Assembly (NCBI GenBank): GCA_963847595.1
Contig: CAWKAJ010000001.1
Location: 268,729 to 332,728 of the forward strand
Source of the DNA: an uncultured Chloroflexia bacterium
Lineage (GTDB): Bacteria > Chloroflexota > Dehalococcoidia > SZUA-161
DNA: 64,000 bases
Direction: 5' to 3'
Shown: piece after piece, positions 41,117 to 51,528 of the stretch
Layout: the number at the start of each line of letters is the position of its first letter
Position numbering within the stretch: position 1 is the stretch's first letter
The notes under the pieces: generated by a model
What the model saw: the letters and a program-made list of their open reading frames with translations, nothing else
Told to the model about the DNA's origin: nothing
The model's database searches: none
Translations under genes and position numbers: made by a program

Positions 41117-43183
41117 TTATTGGTCAGCAGCTTCCAAGGGCAGTGAGAAACTAAAGGTGGAACCTTCTCCCGCACGGCTTTTGACCCATATCCGCCCGCC
41201 ATGAAGGTTCACAAGTGTCTTGCAGAGCGCAAGTCCCAACCCCAGTCCGCTCAATCGCTCGCCGGCAACCTCCATGCGGTGATAAGGTTCAAAGAGGTGC
41301 TGGTGCTCTTCCTCAGCTATACCCGGGCCATTATCCTCGACCTCCACCACCAGACTGGCATCCTTCTGCCACGCTCTCAAAGTAATCCTTCCCCCTTCAG
41401 GGGTGAAGTTTAATGCATTGTTGAGCAAATTCAACACAATCTGCCGTAACCTGACTTTATCAGCCTTGACCAGGGGCAACGAATCAGGCAACTCCAGAAT
41501 CAGTGATTGTCCACGACTCGAAGCTACTGGAGACACATACTCAGCCACTTCCCGAAGCAGTGGTGAGGCATCCAATGGCTCGTCTTTCAGCTGGAGCATA
41601 CCTATCTCACCTTTTGCCAAATCGAGCAGTTCATCTATCCTACTATTGAGATTGGAGGCACCGCGGCTAATGTTTCTAGCCAGACTCAACAAAGGCTCTT
41701 CCTTGAGTTCAGAAGCTAGCACTTGACTCGAAATCAACATCGGGGTAAGTGGAGTTTTCAACTCGTGCGCCAAGGCTCTGGTGAACTCTACTCTCCTCTT
41801 CATCTCCGTCTCGAGCTGCTGGCGCAAATCTCTCTCCTGCCGATAAAGCTCCTGCAATTTCTCCGCCGACTGTCTGCGTTCGGTGACGTCTTGGTAGTGG
41901 ACGATGATCCCGGCAACAATGGGATCATCGAGAAGGTTTCTGGCTATGACGTCAATAACGCGCCATGAGCCGTCTTTGTGTCGAACGCGAAACTCTGTTC
42001 TTATTAAACTACCAGGTTTCTGCACTAATTCATCGTACACGCTAATAGCTTTTTGCAGGTCTTCCGGGTGGACGCCCAAAAAGCCGTCTATGCCGATTAC
42101 ATCCTCCGGTTTATATCCGCGTGGAGGTTCAACAGAAGGAGTCGAGTATTTTACGATCCCACCCCTCCCGACTACAACCATAGTATCAAGTGTATTTTCG
42201 GTTAGGGACCTAAAATATCTTTCACTGTTCTGCAACTTCTCTTCTGCTTGCTTGCGCTCAGTAATGTCACGATAGTTGATAACTATGCCTGCAACTACAG
42301 GATCATGCAACAGATTTCGACCGGACCCTTCGACATAATGCCACAAGCCATCATTCCAAAGGCCACGGAACTCCGAGTGTACCGTAGCACCGGGACTCGC
42401 TTTCATCTCTTCGAACTGACGTGCCAGGCGCGGCAAATCGTCAGGATGGACAAACTCGAAAATGCTGCTCCCTTGCCTGACTTTCGGAGAGTATTTTGTC
42501 ACATGTTGTGCTGAGGGGCTTTGGTACCGTATTGTGCCATCACTATTAAGAACGACGATGACTTCCTGTGAATTCTCGATAAGCGACCGAAAGTATTTTT
42601 CGCTTTCCCGCAGAGCCAGCTCAACCTGCTTGCGTTCGGTGATCTCGTGTTGAAGTTGTTCGTTTGCTTTTCTCAGCTCGGCAGTGCGTTCCGATACCAG
42701 TTTCTCCAGATGCCGACGGTGTCCGTCCAATTCCTGTTGCATCTCGATATGCTCAGTAATATCCTTCCAAAAAAGCACGGTTGCTACGTTGCCATGGTAG
42801 GTCATAGTGCTTGCGCTAACTTCGATGGGGATGGAAGTGCCGTCTTTGCGCTGTAAAGTAGTCTCGTAAAAATTGGGGGCTTGCTCCCCACTCTGCCTTT
42901 GTCTATATCGTTCCTGCAGCTTAGCAAGTTCAGATGACTCAAAGAAATCCCAGGCAGACTTGTCAAGTACTTCGGCGGGCGAATAGCCCACCATCTTACA
43001 AGCCTCGTCATTAGCAAAAACAATAGCTGCTTCCCGCTCCGGCGTATTCTGCAGGATAACGATCCCATAGCCGGCTTTGCCCACGGTCTCAACCAGAGCC
43101 CTATGCCATTCCTCCGAGTCTGCCAACACTTCGGCGCTGGTCAAATCGGGTATATTCCTCGCAACTCTGCTTTTGCCTGCCAT
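41117..43183 (-). CDS. cytoplasmic multi-PAS sensor histidine kinase
   Basis: Four PAS-like segments, HisKA (ALAHELKTPLT), HATPase_c (NLLNNALNF..DNGPGI). No obvious TM helices. Confidence 0.85.
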   Translation of the reverse strand: MAGKSRVARNIPDLTSAEVLADSEEWHRALVETVGKAGYGIVILQNTPEREAAIVFANDEACKMVGYSPAEVLDKSAWDFFESSELAKLQERYRQRQSGEQAPNFYETTLQRKDGTSIPIEVSASTMTYHGNVATVLFWKDITEHIEMQQELDGHRRHLEKLVSERTAELRKANEQLQHEITERKQVELALRESEKYFRSLIENSQEVIVVLNSDGTIRYQSPSAQHVTKYSPKVRQGSSIFEFVHPDDLPRLARQFEEMKASPGATVHSEFRGLWNDGLWHYVEGSGRNLLHDPVVAGIVINYRDITERKQAEEKLQNSERYFRSLTENTLDTMVVVGRGGIVKYSTPSVEPPRGYKPEDVIGIDGFLGVHPEDLQKAISVYDELVQKPGSLIRTEFRVRHKDGSWRVIDVIARNLLDDPIVAGIIVHYQDVTERRQSAEKLQELYRQERDLRQQLETEMKRRVEFTRALAHELKTPLTPMLISSQVLASELKEEPLLSLARNISRGASNLNSRIDELLDLAKGEIGMLQLKDEPLDASPLLREVAEYVSPVASSRGQSLILELPDSLPLVKADKVRLRQIVLNLLNNALNFTPEGGRITLRAWQKDASLVVEVEDNGPGIAEEEHQHLFEPYHRMEVAGERLSGLGLGLALCKTLVNLHGGRIWVKSRAGEGSTFSFSLPLEAADQ

Positions 43184-43290
43184 GCCCCCCCTCCTCTATT
43201 TGAAGAAAAAGTTAAGATAACTGGCTGCTTATAGCATTTAATATATTTCGTAAACCGCTGCCCCCCTTCAATTCTCTCTTACCCGAATTC

Positions 43291-43935
43291 TCACCCGTGC
43301 CTTCTGGTCTTTACTGGCGCCGAAGCGACAGCCTTTCCCCTGGCCAATTCCACACCTTTCCTGAAGGCCTGGAGATTCAAATCTAAATCCTTGGGAGCCA
43401 CAATCTCTCTCAGCGACTCCTCATAATATTTCACAGCGATGGGGAGCATACCTGAGCCTGCCAAAGCACCTACGATTACGACATTGGCAGCCAGACCTGT
43501 CTCACCCTCCTGGATGGCTTTGACCACTCTGACTTCGGCTACCAATTCCCCGAGCTTTTGCAGGACTTCTTCCACGGGCGGATACTTGGCCTGCCCGGAG
43601 AGAACCCAGATAGGATAGATAGGCCTGGGACTGACTATAACCCTGGTCTTAGGATTGCCAAAGTCACCGATGATGCGCAACGCTTCTATAGGCTCCAGCC
43701 CCACGATGACATCCGCCTCGCCCTCGGGTATCAAAGGACCACATTGCGCCCGGGCGGAGAAGCGAATGTGGCTCATCACCGGCCCCCCCCTCTGGGAAGC
43801 GCCGTAGGTCTCCCCCACCGTCACGTAGAGTCCTTCCTTTATCCCGGCGGTAGCCACTATCTGGGAAGCGAGGATATTACCCTGGCCGCCCACGCCTGCT
43901 ATGATTAGGTTTAGCGGGTCTTTCTCTAAAGTCAT
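43291..43935 (-). CDS. iorB: indolepyruvate:ferredoxin oxidoreductase beta subunit
   Basis: LIIAGVGGQGNILASQIVATAGIKEG, the pyruvate/ketoisovalerate oxidoreductase gamma-type fold typical of IorB. 4-nt overlap with iorA. Confidence 0.8.
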   Translation of the reverse strand: MTLEKDPLNLIIAGVGGQGNILASQIVATAGIKEGLYVTVGETYGASQRGGPVMSHIRFSARAQCGPLIPEGEADVIVGLEPIEALRIIGDFGNPKTRVIVSPRPIYPIWVLSGQAKYPPVEEVLQKLGELVAEVRVVKAIQEGETGLAANVVIVGALAGSGMLPIAVKYYEESLREIVAPKDLDLNLQAFRKGVELARGKAVASAPVKTRRHG

Positions 43936-45836
43936 GACGCAGCCCCCCGAACGATAATTGCCCCTCTGGGGCAAAGCGTGGCGCAAACTCCGCAGCCGGT
44001 GCAGACCACCTCGTCTATCTTGGCCCTCTGGGCATCCTGGTCCCAGATTATGCCAGGGCAGTTGAACACCCTGCTGCAGAATCGAGCGCAGCCACAGTCA
44101 TCCCCAATACATTTCGTCTGGTCAACATAGTATTTTTTCTGCAGTTTCTCCTTGGCCTCGATGCGGAAGCACCTTCTGCGGAAGACCATCACCCTGGGGC
44201 CATTCTCCTGAAGCATGTCATAAATGTCCTGTACAGCCTGGCTTATCTCAAAGGGGTCCCTTACCCTGACCTCCACACCGATGGCCTTGCATATATTCTC
44301 GATTTCCACTGTGGGCGCCGGGCGACCACACGCGTCAAACCCAGAGCCCGGATGTGGTTGAAAGCCAGTCATGGCCGTACCGCCGTTGTCCAGCACTATC
44401 ATCAGGACATTGCTGTTGTTAACCCGGGCATTGATGAGGGCCGGAATAGAAGCATGGTAAAAGGTAGAGTCGCCGCAGACGGCGATCACGGGCTGATTGA
44501 AAGCAAACTTCTCGAGCTTGCCGAATCCGTTGGCCAGCCCAATGCCGCCGCCCATACAATGAATGGTCTTTAGTTGGAAGAACCCGGCAGGCCCCGCCCC
44601 GATGCTGTAGCAACCTATATCGCCGGTGACAAACCCATCGCGTCCATCCAATTTGAGAGCAGACTTTATAGCCCAAAGGGATGCTCTGTGCGGGCAGCCG
44701 GTGCAGAATGTAGGCATCCTGGGCGGTATGTAGGTTAGCGCTTCTTTTGCTTTTTCAATGTATTTTTCATCCCTGGTCTTGGGCTGCAGACCCTTGATAC
44801 TCGCCAGAGCAGTGGTGACCTTGTCTTGATTTAGCTCCCCAAACGGCGGGCGATGTCCGGATTTAGCGCCATACGCCTCAATCGGTCCCAGGGTCTTGGC
44901 CTGCTCCGCCAGAAGGATTTTCAGGTTTTGCTCCAGAAAGGGGTCAACCTCCTCGACTACAAATACCTCAGTGACATTTTTCAGGTGGTCAATGATAAAT
45001 TTCTCGGGGAGAGGCCAGGTGGTGCCTATTTTCAGAATCCCCACCTTGCCTTCAAGTCCCAGCGCTGCTACCGCCTCCCGGGAATAGAGCCAGCCGCTGC
45101 CGCAGGTGACTATGACGAGTTTTGCCTTCTTGGGGCCGACATAGAAATTGAACCGGGAGGCCTCGAATTCCTCTCGCGCCTGCTCCAGCTTCAGGTGAAG
45201 TGCAGCGTGCTGCGCAGCCGCGAAGGCCCCGGAGATGTAAACGCCTTCGAACCTAGCCGTCCTCTTCTTTTCGGGAAGCTCGCCGAGCTTAACATTTCCC
45301 CTGCTGTGGGATAGCCTGGTGACACTCCTCATTATGCAGGGCAATCCGAGCTTCTCCGATAACTCGAATGCCCACTTGGTCATATCCTTGGCCTCCTGGA
45401 AGTCGGCTGGCTCCAATAGAGGCAGGTCAGCATACCTGGCGTAGTTCCGGCTGTCCTGTTCGTTGCTGCTGGATATCGCCGAGGGGTCATCGGCAGCCAC
45501 CAGGACAAGCCCGCCATTCGTGCCGGCGAGATTGACCGTCATCAGGAAATCCGAGCACACGTTGACACCGTTCTGCTTCATGGCCACCAACGCCCTCAGG
45601 CCAGCGAGGGAAGCAGCAGTTGCCGCTTCAAAGGCCACAATCTCGTTGGTGGACCATTCGACATAGATGTTGAAACGGTCAGCCACGCGCGCCAAAGACT
45701 CGGGGATCTCTGTGGCAGGGGTGCCCGGATAGGAGGCGCAGAAGTCAACGCCAGCCTCTATAGCCCCCCGGGCGATAGCTTCATCCCCCATCATGAGCAC
45801 GGTTTTGCCGGGCTGGTTTAGCTCTAATGTAACCAT
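43932..45836 (-). CDS. iorA: indolepyruvate:ferredoxin oxidoreductase alpha subunit
   Basis: TPP-binding domains, CTGCPH, C-terminal 2x[4Fe-4S] (CTGCGVCATLCP). 634 aa. Confidence 0.85.
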   Translation of the reverse strand: MVTLELNQPGKTVLMMGDEAIARGAIEAGVDFCASYPGTPATEIPESLARVADRFNIYVEWSTNEIVAFEAATAASLAGLRALVAMKQNGVNVCSDFLMTVNLAGTNGGLVLVAADDPSAISSSNEQDSRNYARYADLPLLEPADFQEAKDMTKWAFELSEKLGLPCIMRSVTRLSHSRGNVKLGELPEKKRTARFEGVYISGAFAAAQHAALHLKLEQAREEFEASRFNFYVGPKKAKLVIVTCGSGWLYSREAVAALGLEGKVGILKIGTTWPLPEKFIIDHLKNVTEVFVVEEVDPFLEQNLKILLAEQAKTLGPIEAYGAKSGHRPPFGELNQDKVTTALASIKGLQPKTRDEKYIEKAKEALTYIPPRMPTFCTGCPHRASLWAIKSALKLDGRDGFVTGDIGCYSIGAGPAGFFQLKTIHCMGGGIGLANGFGKLEKFAFNQPVIAVCGDSTFYHASIPALINARVNNSNVLMIVLDNGGTAMTGFQPHPGSGFDACGRPAPTVEIENICKAIGVEVRVRDPFEISQAVQDIYDMLQENGPRVMVFRRRCFRIEAKEKLQKKYYVDQTKCIGDDCGCARFCSRVFNCPGIIWDQDAQRAKIDEVVCTGCGVCATLCPRGAIIVRGAAS

Positions 45837-45845
45837 AGCGAACTC

Positions 45846-46967
45846 CTAAAGGAACTTTTTCTTCTCCTGAGCGCTGAGACGCAAGTAAAGTAGATTCTTC
45901 TTATCGTTCGTCCTCTTTTGGATTGCGTCTACAGCCCTCTTCTTCTTGATGGATGACGCCTGTTTCAGATGTTCCAGCCTTGTCTGCTCCAGAGGCCTGG
46001 TATTGATGACACCTGCCTTTTTCGCCTTCTCGATGAACTTCTTGCCCGCCGGTGTCCTGACTATCAGCGTGTTCCAGTCTTCGATTCCTTCCACCATGCC
46101 CACCGAAATGTCGGCAAACTCGGAGGTCATATCATAGCAGACGCCGCATGTGGGCTTGATGAATTTTCTGACCTCATCCAGAGAGAACCTCACTTCGCCT
46201 GCCGCTGTCTCCACGACCATGACGTTGGCCGGAGGCGGTGGAATATCGATTCGCTTGACTTTGGAGAGGTCTATCTTCCCTTTGAGGAACTCGGAGAAGC
46301 CTTTATAGGACAACGCCCAGGTGCAGAAAAGCCCGATGACGAGCTTCACTCCCCTGGCTCCGGTATCGTGCTTCGAAGCCTGCATCTTTCTCAGGGCTAT
46401 GACCTGACACGGTATGCCGACCAGGCCGAGAGAGTCTTTGCCCTGCCTGGTTGCCTCGTTCATCTTTGCCAGTGTAGCGGAGGAAATGTAATTCGACCCC
46501 GCGCATCCCTGCGCCTGGTTGCTCTCCTCAACCAGCAACGATGCGGGCATCATGGCACCATCGAAGGGCCTGGTGAGCACAGCGGAGCTTATCTCGCCCT
46601 TGTCCAGGGCGTATTTCATCAGGGCGGAGACCACCCCGCCGTACTGGGCGCGGCAGCGTATCTCGCTATCCTTTGCCTGCGCCATCTCGATAGAGATGTA
46701 AGGCCCCAGGGAGTAGTCGCTGCGCGTCTTGCCGAATACGCTCTTGTCCAGAGCAGCGATATCAGTAAGCGTCCGAGGGCAGAAGTCGTAGCACTTCCCT
46801 TCGGTGAGACCGCAGGGCTCGATTACAGCAACTTTGTCCCTGACCACTTTGATATAGGGGCAGATGTTGACACAGGCGCCGCAGCTTGTACACAGGTCCT
46901 GACTGAAGACTTCTTGCTCCAGGTCCGAGGAACTTTTACCCGCTTCCATAGGAACCCCCTTGGACAA
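45846..46967 (-). CDS. FrhB/FdhB-family iron-sulfur flavoprotein (coenzyme F420 hydrogenase/dehydrogenase beta-like)
   Basis: N-terminal ferredoxin CTSCGACVNICP...CYDFCP followed by FrhB-like N- and C-domains. Confidence 0.65.
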   Translation of the reverse strand: MSKGVPMEAGKSSSDLEQEVFSQDLCTSCGACVNICPYIKVVRDKVAVIEPCGLTEGKCYDFCPRTLTDIAALDKSVFGKTRSDYSLGPYISIEMAQAKDSEIRCRAQYGGVVSALMKYALDKGEISSAVLTRPFDGAMMPASLLVEESNQAQGCAGSNYISSATLAKMNEATRQGKDSLGLVGIPCQVIALRKMQASKHDTGARGVKLVIGLFCTWALSYKGFSEFLKGKIDLSKVKRIDIPPPPANVMVVETAAGEVRFSLDEVRKFIKPTCGVCYDMTSEFADISVGMVEGIEDWNTLIVRTPAGKKFIEKAKKAGVINTRPLEQTRLEHLKQASSIKKKRAVDAIQKRTNDKKNLLYLRLSAQEKKKFL

Positions 46968-47053
46968 CTTCTTATATGACTATTTTAGCGCAAAAACTAA
47001 AAAATGTCGCCTTCCTGAATGGATTCCAAACTTTGCTCAAAGTTTTGGGGGCT

Positions 47054-47089
47054 TGATTATAGGATAAGTGTGCAGGAAATGCAAGGATT
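47054..47089. repeat. 36-bp conserved motif TGATTATAGGNNAAGTNNNNAGGAAATGCNAGGATT, copy 1 (preceded by a G-run hairpin)
   Basis: ttgattataggataagtgtgcaggaaatgcaaggatt. Compare 48711-48747. Confidence 0.55.
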
Positions 47090-47218
47090 TGGCCCCTTCT
47101 CTTGCGCGAATATACATATCCAGTTAGAATGTCTCAAGAAGTTGTGACAAAGGCAGCGTATCAGTAGGGGCGAATTGGTTCGAACAACGCAAACTTCCAT
47201 AGAAGGAGGCAAGCCTAC

Positions 47219-47542
47219 ATGTTAGGAGACTTTAACATAGCGAAATTCAACATCCCTGTGAGCATTCGTAAAGCATTCAACAAGGGCGAGATTGCGAAAT
47301 CCTATCGGCAAATGTATAAGGAGGCCAAGCGAGCATCCTCATCCGATGCAGCCGAGTACCAGACACAAAAACTGGCTGAGGTTTGGGACTCCGCGATAAA
47401 GGGTAAGCAAAAGTCACCACTCACTTTTGTTGAGGAAGTTCGTAAATATAAAGAGGATAAATTCAAAGAGCACATGGACAGGATGATTCACATGCTAGAG
47501 CTTAATGCAAAATCAAAGAAACAGGGTGCGAAGGAAAAATAG
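47219..47542 (+). CDS. hypothetical Lys-rich small protein (AT-rich gene)
   Basis: 107-aa ORF with good RBS ggaggc. Composition differs markedly from neighbours. Confidence 0.45.
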   Translation: MLGDFNIAKFNIPVSIRKAFNKGEIAKSYRQMYKEAKRASSSDAAEYQTQKLAEVWDSAIKGKQKSPLTFVEEVRKYKEDKFKEHMDRMIHMLELNAKSKKQGAKEK

Positions 47543-47581
47543 GCAAAGCTTCAAGCAGCTTCCAGGCGGAGTAATCTTTTC

Positions 47582-48490
47582 TCAGCGAGTCGGCGTCCGT
47601 GCCATAAAATTCAGAATGTGTTTAGCGATCAGCTCGCCTTTCTCTTCCTGAAGAAAATGACCTGCATTTTTTATGACAATGTGGGGCTGCTTCCTTGCCG
47701 TAGGGATCAGTGCACGGAAAAACTTGTCTCCGCCCCGCGTAATGGGGTCCCCATCAGAGAACATTATCAACGCAGGTTTCTGCCATTTAGAGAGAGCACT
47801 CTTGGCGAACCTCATCTCGGCCGCGCCTGGGGCGTCAGGGTGAATGGGAACAAGCAGCGGCCATACCGATGCTCCTGCCTTGTAGGTTATATCTGGGAAA
47901 GGTGCTTCATATCCTGCAATTACCTCAGGTGGGATTAAGTCGCCGTGTGCAGTACCCATGCGCATGACCTGTCCGATAGGCAAGTCTGGTGTGGTTTCGG
48001 CAAACCGCCGCCACGCCAGAAACGCATTGGCCCTCTCCTCGCTGACATTGTCCTCGGCAGTGGGCAGGCCGGTATTCATGATGACCAGTCTGTCGAATAC
48101 CTCTGACTTTCGGCATGCCAGCGGCAAGCCGATAAGTCCGCCCCAATCGTGCACCACCAGGGTGACATCCTTCAGGTTGAGGGCGTTTATAAAACCTGCC
48201 AGTATCTCAGTGTGCATTTGGAAGGAATAATCCTTCTTATCAGTAAATTTGTCCGAGCGGCCAAACCCGACGAAATCCATGGCGATGACCCGGTACTTAG
48301 CCGATAGGACCGGAATCATCTTGCGGTACAGGAATGACCAGGTAGGGTCTCCGTGCAGACAAAGGATGATTTCGCCACTGCCCTCGTCGATATAATGAAT
48401 ACGCAAACCGCTGACCTGTAGGTAGTGGGGTATGAACGGGAAATCCGGCAAATTGTTGAAACGTTCGTCAGGTGTGCGAAGTACTGACAT
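47582..48490 (-). CDS. haloalkane dehalogenase, DhlA-type (HLD-I subfamily alpha/beta hydrolase)
   Basis: LRTPDERFNNLPDFPF..LCLHGDPTWSFLYRKMIPV..DFVGFGRSDK..VTLVVHDWGG..APFPDITYKAGASVWP..NAGHFLQEE track the Xanthobacter DhlA motifs (nucleophile Asp in HDWGG, catalytic His in GHF). Confidence 0.8.
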   Translation of the reverse strand: MSVLRTPDERFNNLPDFPFIPHYLQVSGLRIHYIDEGSGEIILCLHGDPTWSFLYRKMIPVLSAKYRVIAMDFVGFGRSDKFTDKKDYSFQMHTEILAGFINALNLKDVTLVVHDWGGLIGLPLACRKSEVFDRLVIMNTGLPTAEDNVSEERANAFLAWRRFAETTPDLPIGQVMRMGTAHGDLIPPEVIAGYEAPFPDITYKAGASVWPLLVPIHPDAPGAAEMRFAKSALSKWQKPALIMFSDGDPITRGGDKFFRALIPTARKQPHIVIKNAGHFLQEEKGELIAKHILNFMARTPTR

Positions 48491-48710
48491 CGCTTCCTCT
48501 ACTTGTCTTAATTAGTAAATATGGTATAGCTGTGAATGAAGAGGGTTCCTGACTGACTTATATCACGAACAGGTTCAGGTGTCAAAGTAATGACTTCCGG
48601 GTGACTTTTCGGTCACATTCAGCTAAAAAATCAGGAGCAGGGGCGTAAACAAGGGGACAAGAAGCGACTCGGCTAATGTGTGTCTGGTGTTTCCCCGATT
48701 TCGGGGGGGG

Positions 48711-48747
48711 GTGATTATAGGTCAAGTAACGAGGAAATGCGAGGATT
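48711..48747. repeat. 36-bp conserved motif, copy 2
   Basis: gtgattataggtcaagtaacgaggaaatgcgaggatt preceded by ccccgatttcgggggggg. Confidence 0.55.
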
Positions 48748-49055
48748 AGTACAGACTGAGTAGTTAACTTGGCATTTCTACAAGGGAAAGGAGAAGACTT
48801 TGACGTAAACCAGCTTATGTGTATGTGGACATCCCTATGTTCATGAATTGGTTACCCAGCCGTGGTTTTGTTGATCTACTGACAGGTGTTTATTAATTAT
48901 GGCCCTACCCCACCACCGCCCTGTATTGCTTCATGCTATCCTCATTCTCTTGGCGCACTTTCCATGGGCTTCTTGCACTCTATCATATGCTGCGATAGAA
49001 TATCGCAAGCAGCACGACATTTTCCAGTCGGAGCCAACAGTGGAGGTCTGCAGAG

Positions 49056-49994
49056 ATGGCAAACGGCAACGCCCGAACCGTGCGGGTAGCAGCAGTACAG
49101 ATGGAGTCTAAGAACGGCCTTGTGGAGGCGAACCTAAATCACGCTACGCCATTGGTCGAACAAGCTGTGCGAGCGGGTGCTCAGCTTATTCTGCTTCCTG
49201 AGTTCATGCCTACCGGATACATATTCAGCACGGCCATATGGGATTGGGCAGAACCTAAGAGGGGAGCAACTGTCCAGTGGCTTTGTGAGAATTCCAAAAG
49301 GCTTAATGTGTGGGTGGGCACCAGCTTTCTCGAAGCCGATGGAGAGGATTTCTTCAACACATTTGTCTTAGCGACCCCCGATGGAAAAGAAGCTGGCCGA
49401 GTTAGAAAACAACCTCCAGCTGCATTTGAGGCCTTTTTCACCAAGAGCGGCTCTGGTCCGCACGTGATAGACACTGAATTGGGCAAGATAGGAGTAGGTA
49501 TTTGCTACGAGAACGAACTCTCTTATCTCTTGCAGATGGTGCACAGTCAGTCAGTAGATTTGATGCTAATGCCGCACGCCACCCCAGCAATAGCAGGGAT
49601 GGTCTTCTCGCTCGGAGAATTAGCCCCCGCCTATGCACGTTTACTTGGCGTGCCTTCAATTCTATGCAACCAATGCGGCCAATGGCAATCCCCTTATCCG
49701 GGGATACCATTTTACAAGTCGGATTCAAGTTTCGTGGGATTGTCAACTGTAGCTGATTCTGATGGAGCCATCAAGGCCCAACTGGGAAATGAGGAGAGAG
49801 TCATAGTTGAGGAAGTCACATTGGACCCAGCTCGCAAAATCCGTAAACCGCCACGATGCTATGGGAGGTGGGCCCTAGAAGGCCCTTGGTTCAGGAATGG
49901 AAGTAGGGCGGTAGAGGCTGTGGGAAGGCTGTGGTACACATTAAGCTTACAAAGGAAAAGAAAAGCGAGACTAATCTCATCCACCACGAAGTAG
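49056..49994 (+). CDS. carbon-nitrogen hydrolase (nitrilase/amidase superfamily)
   Basis: VAAVQM...LILLPEF (Glu), K, GICYE (Cys) catalytic triad context. Confidence 0.8.
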   Translation: MANGNARTVRVAAVQMESKNGLVEANLNHATPLVEQAVRAGAQLILLPEFMPTGYIFSTAIWDWAEPKRGATVQWLCENSKRLNVWVGTSFLEADGEDFFNTFVLATPDGKEAGRVRKQPPAAFEAFFTKSGSGPHVIDTELGKIGVGICYENELSYLLQMVHSQSVDLMLMPHATPAIAGMVFSLGELAPAYARLLGVPSILCNQCGQWQSPYPGIPFYKSDSSFVGLSTVADSDGAIKAQLGNEERVIVEEVTLDPARKIRKPPRCYGRWALEGPWFRNGSRAVEAVGRLWYTLSLQRKRKARLISSTTK

Positions 49995-50081
49995 CTCCCC
50001 TCACCAATGCCCTGCAGTGCTTCATGCCGTCGTCGGTGTCCTCGGGGCGATCAGTAGCTAATCACAAGGAAACAAGCCTGT

Positions 50082-50738
50082 TCAATCGTTAGCATATCCG
50101 ATTGTCTGTCCGAAAAGCGCCCGCTGATGTGGCTTCAACCTGAGCTTCTTCGCGAGTGCAGCCTTGTTGCAGTTGTGAAACCACGAAGCCAGTCCCAACG
50201 AAGATGACGCCAGATAGACATTTTGTGCGATAAGGCCGGTGTCGACAAAGTAATATGATTTCTGAATCTCCGGATCATAGAGTCCAGGTTCCTGAAATCC
50301 TGCATTCTTAAACCTGTCGGTATCGACGACGTAGATGAAGCGGACAGGAGCGTTTGCGCCAACCCTGCCCTGTCCCCGGCCGATTGCCAGAGCGCGGCTG
50401 TCACCGGCTGCAACCGGAGTCAGCCTATGAGAATCAGGCTCATACAGATACGTCCCTTCCTCCTTGGCAACATAGACACAGATCTCCTGTGAATTACTCG
50501 CCGATCCCGCAGTCCGGCCCGGGCCTTCAAAAGGTCCTTGGATGCGGTTGACTCCCTGTGCAGCCCATAGGATATCCGAGAGAATCTGCAGTGAGATCTT
50601 TCTATTGCTGATGCATCGGGAAGTTCTTCTCATTTTCAGAGCTTCGAATAGTGTCCCGCGCCGGTCAAAAACCGGTTCAGGAAGTTGGATGAGCTGCAGA
50701 TCTCCCATCGTGCTGTTTTTCATGGTATTCCTCCGCAA
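50082..50738 (-). CDS. SagB/ThcOx-type nitroreductase-fold dehydrogenase
   Basis: Nitroreductase-fold motifs (RRTSRC, SAGA/SSSLGLASWF region). 218 aa. Confidence 0.65.
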   Translation of the reverse strand: MRRNTMKNSTMGDLQLIQLPEPVFDRRGTLFEALKMRRTSRCISNRKISLQILSDILWAAQGVNRIQGPFEGPGRTAGSASNSQEICVYVAKEEGTYLYEPDSHRLTPVAAGDSRALAIGRGQGRVGANAPVRFIYVVDTDRFKNAGFQEPGLYDPEIQKSYYFVDTGLIAQNVYLASSSLGLASWFHNCNKAALAKKLRLKPHQRALFGQTIGYAND

Positions 50739-50775
50739 CCTTCATTGTTGCCTTTTTCAATCAGTCGCCTCACTA

Positions 50776-51528
50776 TCACCAGCTGTTGAGTCGCTGAAAG
50801 GCTTTTCTGAAATCAGTTCTTGCCCCTTGAACAAGCCCCTTAGCTTCGCCAATGACTACTTCGTATTCATTTTTCTTAAGGGCTTCTAGTACTGCGTTAG
50901 CGACTTCATTTGGCGGGATGCCCCTATATTCCTGTTCCGATTCGCCTGTAGTACTTTTACCCAGCTCCGTATCAACAGCAGGCGGTACTACTTCAAAGAC
51001 TTTTACTGAAGTCTCTTTCAATTGATATCTCAAGGAGACGCTGAACATATGGATACCCGCTTTAGTAGCACAGTAGACCGGCATTACGGCCATCGGGACG
51101 AAACCCAGTCCCGAGGACACGTTGATTATGGCGGCTTCTTTCTTCTTCATCAACATCGGAGCGAAGTAAGCCGATAAGTGTATTGGAGCGGCAAAGTTAA
51201 TCTGAACTTCGTCTTCGCCGCTGAACAGCTCTGCTGTCCCTTCTTTGATATTTATAGCCCTTTGAATTCCAGCATTGTTCACGAGGATGTTCAAATCCTG
51301 GTAATTCTGTTTAACCCACTCGCAAAATGACTCACGGTCTTCTTTTTTCGAGAGGTCGCATTGTCGCGCCTGTATCTGAGGTAATTTCCTCTTTGCCTCT
51401 CCAAGTTTAGCTATCCGCCTGCCGCAAATAAGCACGTTATTACCAGCTCTAATGAAGGCCTCGGCTAGGGCAAAACCGATTCCCGTCGCTCCTCCGGTAA
51501 TTAAGACAGCATTGCCGTTAGTTTTCAT
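50776..51528 (-). CDS. short-chain dehydrogenase/reductase
   Basis: VLITGGATGIG Rossmann motif, YxxxK (YCATK). 250 aa. Confidence 0.85.
   Translation of the reverse strand: MKTNGNAVLITGGATGIGFALAEAFIRAGNNVLICGRRIAKLGEAKRKLPQIQARQCDLSKKEDRESFCEWVKQNYQDLNILVNNAGIQRAINIKEGTAELFSGEDEVQINFAAPIHLSAYFAPMLMKKKEAAIINVSSGLGFVPMAVMPVYCATKAGIHMFSVSLRYQLKETSVKVFEVVPPAVDTELGKSTTGESEQEYRGIPPNEVANAVLEALKKNEYEVVIGEAKGLVQGARTDFRKAFQRLNSW

Noticed and set aside
47054-47089. Sigma-54 promoter within the 36-bp repeat (GTGCAG-gaaa-TGCAAG)
   Set aside because: Only copy 1 approximates the GG-N10-GC spacing. Copy 2 (AACGAG-gaaa-TGCGAG) does not, and no enhancer-binding-protein gene lies nearby.
47160-47200. Possible tRNA T-arm (ggttcgaac) upstream of the Lys-rich ORF
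   Set aside because: No flanking acceptor or anticodon stems and no GTTCGAATCC-type loop context. It is more likely part of the RBS/leader.
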